From Candidatus Fermentibacteraceae bacterium (GTDB taxonomy: Bacteria; Fermentibacterota; Fermentibacteria; Fermentibacterales; JCC-6), in contig JBGSZS010000017.1 of the NCBI GenBank assembly GCA_041750285.1, positions 1 through 64,000 of the forward strand: 64,000 bases of DNA. The letters are read 5' to 3'. Shown one piece after another: positions 58,236-64,000 of this stretch; positions within the stretch are counted from its first letter, which is position 1; every line of letters starts with the position of its first letter. The position numbers were made by a program, and so were the translations under genes. A model generated the notes under the pieces. It worked only from the letters and a program-made list of their open reading frames with translations, was not told the DNA's origin and ran no database searches.

Positions 58236-59339
58236 TCAGCGAACCGTCCTGACCAGGCGGAAACCCAGGAACGAATAGGTGTTGCCCGCACTGATGTACT
58301 CCCTGTGAGCCGAACGGCAGTACCTCGCACCAATGACCCAGCCGCCTCCCCGGATGATGTGGTCATCCGACCCATCCACCCACGCGCTGCCGTCCGAAGG
58401 AGCCCCATCATAGTTCGAGTGCCATGTATCCAGGCACCATTCCCAGCCGTTGCCGCTCATGTCATAGAGTCCCAGTGAGTTCGGCAGTTTCTCCCCGACC
58501 GGATGGGTCTCGCCGCCCGAGTTCTCGCTGAACCAGGCGTACTGAAGGATCTGGGAGTAATCGGGATCGTCGCCCCAGTAGAACCTTGTCGTGGTTCCCG
58601 CCCTGCATGCGTACTCCCACTCGGCTTCGCTGGGAAGGCGGTATTCATGAACTGGATCCAGCGCGTTCATCGCGTCCACGAATTCCTGACACTCCTCCCA
58701 GAGGATGTTGTCCACGGGACGGTCCGGTCCGGTGAAATGCGAAGGATCGGACCAGGGGTTCTGCAAAAGCTCCTCCCACATCGCCTGGGTGACTTCGGTG
58801 GTCATGATCTCGAAGGAGTAGTCGAAAGTCACTGTATGAACCGGGCGCTCGCCCTCGAATGAACCGGGCTCTCCCGGCGGGGAACCCATTTCGAAGGAAC
58901 CCGCGGGAAGCTCCACGAACTCCATGCCCGCTGGAAGCGGAACTTCGGGGGTTGTGATCTCCGCCTCGTTGCTCCAGGATACAAGCCCCTGCGTGTTCAT
59001 CGTGAGAAGGGCGTAGTGGTACGATGACCCCCAGCCCACTCCTTCATCTGTGAACTGCATGATGTTGGCGCTCGTGAATGAGCCCAGGTTGTCGGCACCG
59101 GAGGTGTCCGCAGCTATGCCGGGATTCATGGAGCGGAAGAGGGTGTAGCTTTCAAAATCGCTGTCGGGGCACTCACTCCAGTTCAGGGTGAGTTGGCAAA
59201 ACATCGGCGGTTCTTCGGTCTCTCCGGAAAAAAACGCGCAAAGGTACGACGAAGTGGGGTTTCCCGGATCAGATGGGTTGCCTCCGCAACCCGAGAGAAG
59301 AACAACGAACAAGGCCATCATGCAAACTGCATTTCTCAC
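58236..59339 (-). CDS. FGE-sulfatase (SUMF1/CLec-fold) domain lipoprotein with N-terminal Fn3-like region
   Basis: Lipobox LSGC; FEMGS, RLPSEAEWEYACRAG, GLYDMSGN..EW, RGG.W, GFRL. Confidence 0.9.
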   Translation of the reverse strand: MRNAVCMMALFVVLLSGCGGNPSDPGNPTSSYLCAFFSGETEEPPMFCQLTLNWSECPDSDFESYTLFRSMNPGIAADTSGADNLGSFTSANIMQFTDEGVGWGSSYHYALLTMNTQGLVSWSNEAEITTPEVPLPAGMEFVELPAGSFEMGSPPGEPGSFEGERPVHTVTFDYSFEIMTTEVTQAMWEELLQNPWSDPSHFTGPDRPVDNILWEECQEFVDAMNALDPVHEYRLPSEAEWEYACRAGTTTRFYWGDDPDYSQILQYAWFSENSGGETHPVGEKLPNSLGLYDMSGNGWEWCLDTWHSNYDGAPSDGSAWVDGSDDHIIRGGGWVIGARYCRSAHREYISAGNTYSFLGFRLVRTVR

Positions 59340-60151
59340 CGTCTCACCCCTTTCCCGAACCCCCAGAAATGAAAGACATCCATGTCTTCCGGAATGTCAT
59401 CGCCATGATTCCCGCGGCCTGTCGCGGCATCGATGTGGGCTCCGTGGTCGGGTGCGAAGAGCACCACCCTGTTGAACTCCCCCCAGTGGCGGTCAACCGC
59501 CCGGACAAGGCTGAGAAAGGCATCAACGTGGTTCCCGGCAGCCTTCAGGGCTTCTTCCGAGAGCGGCGTTGAGCGGTGCATGACATCGTCGTACTCCTGA
59601 TGGTAGGCAAGCACGAGATCATGTTTCCCACCGGCGATCAGCGAAAGGGCACGGTCGGTCACCTGCGGATCGTACTCCTCCGAAAAGAAGTCGACAGGTC
59701 TGCCCCTGAAGATCACATCGATACTGCAGTCCCGCACGGAGACGACCGCGACGCGCTTCCCGTTCCGCGCCAGCGCTTCGAACAGGGTGTCGCAGGTCAG
59801 AACCGGTTTCTCGTACTTGCGGATACCATGAATTTCGGGCGTCATCCCCGTGAACATCGAAGCGAAACAAACCGGCGTTTTCGGTGGAACCACGGACCGA
59901 AGGGAAAGCCTGAGCGGAGCGACTGAACGTACCTGATCGAAGAGATTGGGGCGCACGCCCGCCAGAACGCAACCCATGGCATCGGGCGCGAACACAAGGC
60001 ATCTTTCCACGCTTCCGCCACCAAACTCCCGACCCGCCCCATGCACAACTTCGCGCAGAACTCCCGAGGTCGATCCATGGGGGGCGGGTATTCCCATGAG
60101 GGCACAGAGCGTGGGTGCAACGGAAGCGATGGTTTCCCGGGTGCTGTTCAT
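59336..60151 (-). CDS. Alkaline phosphatase superfamily (NPP/PglZ-like) protein
   Basis: PDAMG, PPKT..FASMFTG..P..HG, YDDVMH, PDHG, H. Confidence 0.82.
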   Translation of the reverse strand: MNSTRETIASVAPTLCALMGIPAPHGSTSGVLREVVHGAGREFGGGSVERCLVFAPDAMGCVLAGVRPNLFDQVRSVAPLRLSLRSVVPPKTPVCFASMFTGMTPEIHGIRKYEKPVLTCDTLFEALARNGKRVAVVSVRDCSIDVIFRGRPVDFFSEEYDPQVTDRALSLIAGGKHDLVLAYHQEYDDVMHRSTPLSEEALKAAGNHVDAFLSLVRAVDRHWGEFNRVVLFAPDHGAHIDAATGRGNHGDDIPEDMDVFHFWGFGKGVRR

Positions 60152-60391
60152 GGGCAGTCTCCTTAAGGCGGCTTTCGGAAGGTTTAAAGATGAACTCTTC
60201 CGCGCCGGTTGTCTTCGGTGTTCATGCACGGTCATTCTCATGGCGATCAAAGGTTGGATCGCATCCATGGAGAAAGTCTCGCATTTCGCAGATTTCCCTT
60301 GCCTTTTCGAATTCGATCCTGTCATCATAACCAAAGACCTGAATCTTTGTGCCGGGTTTGTCGCCGTATTAATAGCAACTTTGTCATGGCA

Positions 60392-61183
60392 TCAAGGCGT
60401 TTCGACAGGTTTCACGGCCACCAGGGTGAGGTGGTCTTTCCCCGGTTCGTAAGGTCTTCCGCTGAAACCGCCGAAGGTCTGGAAGCCGCCAAAACCTTTG
60501 GATCCAAGAAGGTCAAGATACTCGTCCAGGGAGTATATCCGCATTCCATACCTGTACTCACTGCGTGAAGCGCCGCACATTACGATCCAGCGCGTTGTGT
60601 TCCAGGTCCAGTCCTCATTCGTTTCGGTTTCCTCAAGCCTGAACCTGCCCTCTCCCTCTTCATGCCAGTATCTGAAATGCCTTTCAGGCCTCAGCGCCAT
60701 AAGCAGTTCGCGGGTTGTTCCCTGGAGAAGAAGCTTTCCGCCGGGTTTCAGTGAGCGGAAGCAGTTCTCGAGCACCTTCCCATCGTCTGCGGGATCCTGG
60801 AAATACCCGAAGGAATTGTATACGATCAGGATGTTGTCGAAGCTCCCGCTCTCCCTGAACTCCCTCATGTCCGCACACAGAAACCTTGCATCCCGGTTTT
60901 CATCAAGCGCCCTCCGCGATGCTTCAGCGATGAAGGCCGGGTTGAGGTCGACACCCGTGACCCTGTAGCCAAGCTCGGACAACGCCAGGGCGTGCCTGCC
61001 GAACCCGCACGCAAGGTCAAGCACGGAAGCGCCGGGCTTCATCTCAAGAAGCCGTGCAATGCTCCCGGCCGCATCGAACGACATCTCAACGCGTTTCGCA
61101 CTCCAGATGAACCTGCGATTGGCCTCCCAGTATTCCTGATCGGCAAACCAATCTTTGGAAGGCGGATCCAACACATCCTCCAA
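60392..61183 (-). CDS. Class I SAM-dependent methyltransferase
   Basis: VLDLACGFGRH, GVDL, DMR, SFGYF, LKPGG. Confidence 0.9.
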   Translation of the reverse strand: MEDVLDPPSKDWFADQEYWEANRRFIWSAKRVEMSFDAAGSIARLLEMKPGASVLDLACGFGRHALALSELGYRVTGVDLNPAFIAEASRRALDENRDARFLCADMREFRESGSFDNILIVYNSFGYFQDPADDGKVLENCFRSLKPGGKLLLQGTTRELLMALRPERHFRYWHEEGEGRFRLEETETNEDWTWNTTRWIVMCGASRSEYRYGMRIYSLDEYLDLLGSKGFGGFQTFGGFSGRPYEPGKDHLTLVAVKPVETP

Positions 61184-61308
61184 AACTCAAGCTTTCCGTT
61201 TAATTAAGCTATATAGAATACTTTCAGCGCTCTCGGCAGTCAATACATTCATGCCCGGGCGTGGCATATTAGACGCACGAATGCTCTTCACAGTCCGGAG
61301 GGGAAAGA

Positions 61309-61887
61309 ATGCTTGACCTGAAAACACTGGCAGTGGTGGTTGCCTGCTCAAGCTCCCTTGGATTTCATTTGAGGATGGCGCCGTCATACAGGTGGACCGT
61401 TTGGGGGAAAAGCCATCTGTCAGAGGTCGAGGGCGTTTCATACGAGTACGGCGAAACGCGCGTTTTGTTCTCCGAAAATGCTCTGCCGTCATTCGGTCTG
61501 GGTGTTGATGGACGGATCAACAGCATGGTTGACGTGAGCATCGCCGGATACTGGAACAACTACGGTCCTGTCTACGTAGCGCCCCCCGATCGGAGCGCTC
61601 CGATGAACAGGAATGGAAGCCTGCTTATGATCGAGTTTGGAGCCCGGCGCACCTTCGAAGGCTTCTTCCTGGGCGCGGGAATCGAGATTCACCGCTACCA
61701 CGAAACTTGGTCGGACCCTTTCACCGGCGAAGAGCTGTCCGTTTATTCGATCTGCATCGGCCCGAAGGCCGAGGTTGGAACCGTTATCGCCACACCGGTC
61801 GGAGACATCAAAGCCACCATGGCCACGATCTTTCCGGGCTTCGAAGACATCATCGGCAGCGCGGGTGTGTCGCTTCTCATCCCGTAG
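61309..61887 (+). CDS. Hypothetical exported beta-barrel-like protein
   Basis: GGAGGGG RBS, short signal peptide, beta-strand pattern. Confidence 0.6.
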   Translation: MLDLKTLAVVVACSSSLGFHLRMAPSYRWTVWGKSHLSEVEGVSYEYGETRVLFSENALPSFGLGVDGRINSMVDVSIAGYWNNYGPVYVAPPDRSAPMNRNGSLLMIEFGARRTFEGFFLGAGIEIHRYHETWSDPFTGEELSVYSICIGPKAEVGTVIATPVGDIKATMATIFPGFEDIIGSAGVSLLIP

Positions 61888-62065
61888 AATGCCCTGACGA
61901 AGAAGCTGCCCGGGCCTGCATCTGCGATGCCGAGACCTCCCGTTGTCAAAATGATGGAAGAGACAGTCGAAATCCTTCCCCGTCCGAATAGACAATTCAG
62001 GTGTCCCAAAAGTTGAAGCCCCCTAGAGGGGCAATTTTCGGTGCTTTACCCGGGCTGGTTACCGC

Positions 62066-62093
62066 TTGACAACCTTTTTGGAAAAGGTAAAAT
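62066..62093 (+). promoter_or_regulatory. Sigma70 promoter with an inverted repeat in its spacer
   Basis: TTGACA-16nt-TAAAAT; ACCTTTT-TGG-AAAAGGT (62072-62088). Confidence 0.65.
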
Positions 62094-62109
62094 CCGTGTT
62101 CATCTTTCA

Positions 62110-62250
62110 AGGAGAGGCCACTGGTGACCAACTGGTTCCTACGTAACTGAGCAACAGTGTCCGGCCTCGGGAAGGCCGGCGGAACGGGTCAGCACCTGAC
62201 CGCCTGACGGGCCTCGCGCCTTCGCGGTCAACTGACCGGGAAGGCGGTTC
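62110..62250 (+). ncRNA. Candidate structured cis-regulatory leader RNA, family not recognised
   Basis: About 150-nt 5'UTR with interleaved pairings and an RBS-sequestering stem. Confidence 0.5.
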
Positions 62251-62251
62251 A

Positions 62252-63544
62252 ATGACGGATCGTTTGGATTCAAAGCAGCTCCACGACATGTGGACCGAGT
62301 TGAGCATGGACGTCAAGCTCCATGACCAGCTCCTTGAGAACTCTGAGAAAACCCATTCAAGGAACTTTCTCTGGCAGAAGAATCGGCCGGAGACAATGAA
62401 GGCCTTCGACCGCGCCCTTCACGACAGTCACGGTCAGAGGGTCGCCGAGGTGATCGGGTACAGGAAGGCCGGGGGCAGATCCATTGGCTCCTTCTGCATT
62501 TACCTTCCCGATGAGATATCAATGGCGGCAGGGGTCCTGAACATCCCACTCTGCGGGGGGAGCGGTTTCTCCGTGAACTACGCCGACAAGATCCTTCCAA
62601 GGGACATCTGCCCCCTTGTCAGGTCAACATTCGGCATGGCCCTCAGCGGCACCTGTCCCTACAAGACCCTTAAGGACTGCGTTGTGGGAGAGACGACCTG
62701 CGATGCGAAGAAAAAGACCTGGGACCTCCTTAACTTCAGGGTACTCGAAGTTCCCCAGAAAAAGAACGATATCGACAGGAACCTCTGGCTGGCCGAGGTG
62801 AAGGACTTCGCCGGTCAGATGGAGGCACTTTCGGGAAAAACGATTACCGCTTCCTCCCTTCGTGCGGGCATAAGGAAGCAGAACAGGAAGCGCGACGTTC
62901 TCAACGCGATAAACAACTTCCGAAAACTCACCGAACCGCCCATCAGCGGCCTGGATGCCCTGCTTGTGTCCCAGGTGGCCCTGAACATGGACATCGACAC
63001 TTTCCTTGAGACCGGGAAAGCCCTGCTCGAAGAGCTTGAGGACAGGGCCGTAAAGGGTATTTCGGCCTATCAGGAACCCGGGGTAAGGGTGTTGATGGCC
63101 GGAACACCCTCGCCGATGGGGTACGCAAAGGTCCATGCAGCCGCCGAGATGTCGGGGCTGCGGGTTGTCATCGACGAATCCTGCACCGGCCTTCGCTACA
63201 GCAGGAACAATGTTCCGGAGGACATTGAGACGGTCGACGGGATGATGCAGGCCATCGCCGACCGGTACTTCGATATCGACTGCGCCTGTTTCACCCCGAA
63301 CACCGAGCGCCGCGAAAACCTCAGGGAGATGGTGAACGGGTTCAGGGTGGAGGCCGTTGTCCACAACATCCTGCAGTACTGCCACGGGTTCAACGTCGAG
63401 GCGGGTGTCATGGACAAGGTTCTATTGGAAATGAACGTCCCGAGCATGAAGATAGTAAGCGACTACTCCCAGGAGGACTTCGAACAGATCAGGATACGAA
63501 TGGAGTCTTTCAAGGGCATTGTCGAAAACCGCAGAGCGCAGTAG
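62252..63544 (+). CDS. Double-cubane cluster protein / 2-hydroxyacyl-CoA dehydratase D-component family
   Basis: GSFCIY, LPRDICPL, ETTCDAKKK, ESCTG.RY, CACFTPN, LQYC, DYS..D..Q...R.E.F. Confidence 0.88.
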   Translation: MTDRLDSKQLHDMWTELSMDVKLHDQLLENSEKTHSRNFLWQKNRPETMKAFDRALHDSHGQRVAEVIGYRKAGGRSIGSFCIYLPDEISMAAGVLNIPLCGGSGFSVNYADKILPRDICPLVRSTFGMALSGTCPYKTLKDCVVGETTCDAKKKTWDLLNFRVLEVPQKKNDIDRNLWLAEVKDFAGQMEALSGKTITASSLRAGIRKQNRKRDVLNAINNFRKLTEPPISGLDALLVSQVALNMDIDTFLETGKALLEELEDRAVKGISAYQEPGVRVLMAGTPSPMGYAKVHAAAEMSGLRVVIDESCTGLRYSRNNVPEDIETVDGMMQAIADRYFDIDCACFTPNTERRENLREMVNGFRVEAVVHNILQYCHGFNVEAGVMDKVLLEMNVPSMKIVSDYSQEDFEQIRIRMESFKGIVENRRAQ

Positions 63545-63553
63545 GAGGAAGCC

Positions 63554-63961
63554 ATGTCCGTTGTTCCTGAGAGATCAAGGAAACTCATGGGTTCGGGAAG
63601 GGTGATGGCCCTTGCCACTTCATCCGGAAACGGCGAGCCAAATGTGGCCCCCATGCAGCAGTGCTGGTGGTTTGACGAAGAGACCCTTGTTGTGGGCGAC
63701 TTCTTCATGAAGAAGACCATGGAGAACATCCTTGAAAACGGCAGGGCGTCTTTCACGGTCTGGGAGCAGGACCCCCGGGAAGGCTACAAGTTCACGGGAT
63801 CTGCAAGGTATCTGACCAAGGGTCCGGAGTACGACCTCGCCAACGGCGAGATGCACAAGGCAAAGCCCGACAAGAATTTCAAGGGTGTTGTCGTGATCAG
63901 GGTCGAGAAGGTGTACGACATAAAATCGGGCCCCACCGCCGGACAGCTCATCACCGAATAA
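63554..63961 (+). CDS. Pyridoxamine 5'-phosphate oxidase-like FMN-binding protein
   Basis: LATSS..GEPNVAP, FMKKT.ENI.EN, GYKF.G, GP.AG. Confidence 0.85.
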   Translation: MSVVPERSRKLMGSGRVMALATSSGNGEPNVAPMQQCWWFDEETLVVGDFFMKKTMENILENGRASFTVWEQDPREGYKFTGSARYLTKGPEYDLANGEMHKAKPDKNFKGVVVIRVEKVYDIKSGPTAGQLITE

Positions 63962-64000
63962 GGGTCGGGGCTTACCGCCTGATCATCCCGGGCAGTGAAG

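Noticed and set aside
60210..60375. Short minus-strand frame YGDKPGTKIQVFGYDDRIEFEKAREIC...
   Set aside because: No start codon or RBS and no recognisable family; possibly a remnant but unsupported
62000..62040. IS-like end or hairpin (TGTCCCAAAAGTT...GCCCCTAGAGGGGC)
   Set aside because: No partner repeat or transposase; too short to call

Overview
GC-rich chromosomal window from an anaerobic Gram-negative bacterium. The many secreted proteins with T9SS/FlgD-type C-terminal domains and the 'TWGxIK'-tailed proteins suggest an FCB-group candidate lineage such as Fermentibacterota (inference). In order it contains: the 3' end of an IS3-family element; an hdrA-mvhD-flxCBA-hdrCB electron-bifurcation operon converging on a cysteine desulfurase plus a two-Cys DsrC-type gene; rlmI; methionine gamma-lyase; a membrane PPase; a creatininase-ABC-cutA-fumarase-malic enzyme operon; tRNA-Gln; a TetR-RND efflux operon; a gingipain-like protease; fhs; tupABC behind a Moco/Tuco riboswitch; several secreted repeat proteins; and a double-cubane-cluster protein gene with a structured leader. 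The three best leads are (1) a 47-codon lipoprotein gene absent from the ORF track, with an in-frame TGA followed by a SECIS-like hairpin (candidate tiny selenoprotein, 40891-41034); (2) Hdr-Flx next to DsrC and a cysteine desulfurase with no dsrAB in the window, a possible persulfide electron sink; and (3) a pseudoknotted riboswitch-like RNA at about 62110-62250. All calls come from reading motifs by eye; no database searches were run.
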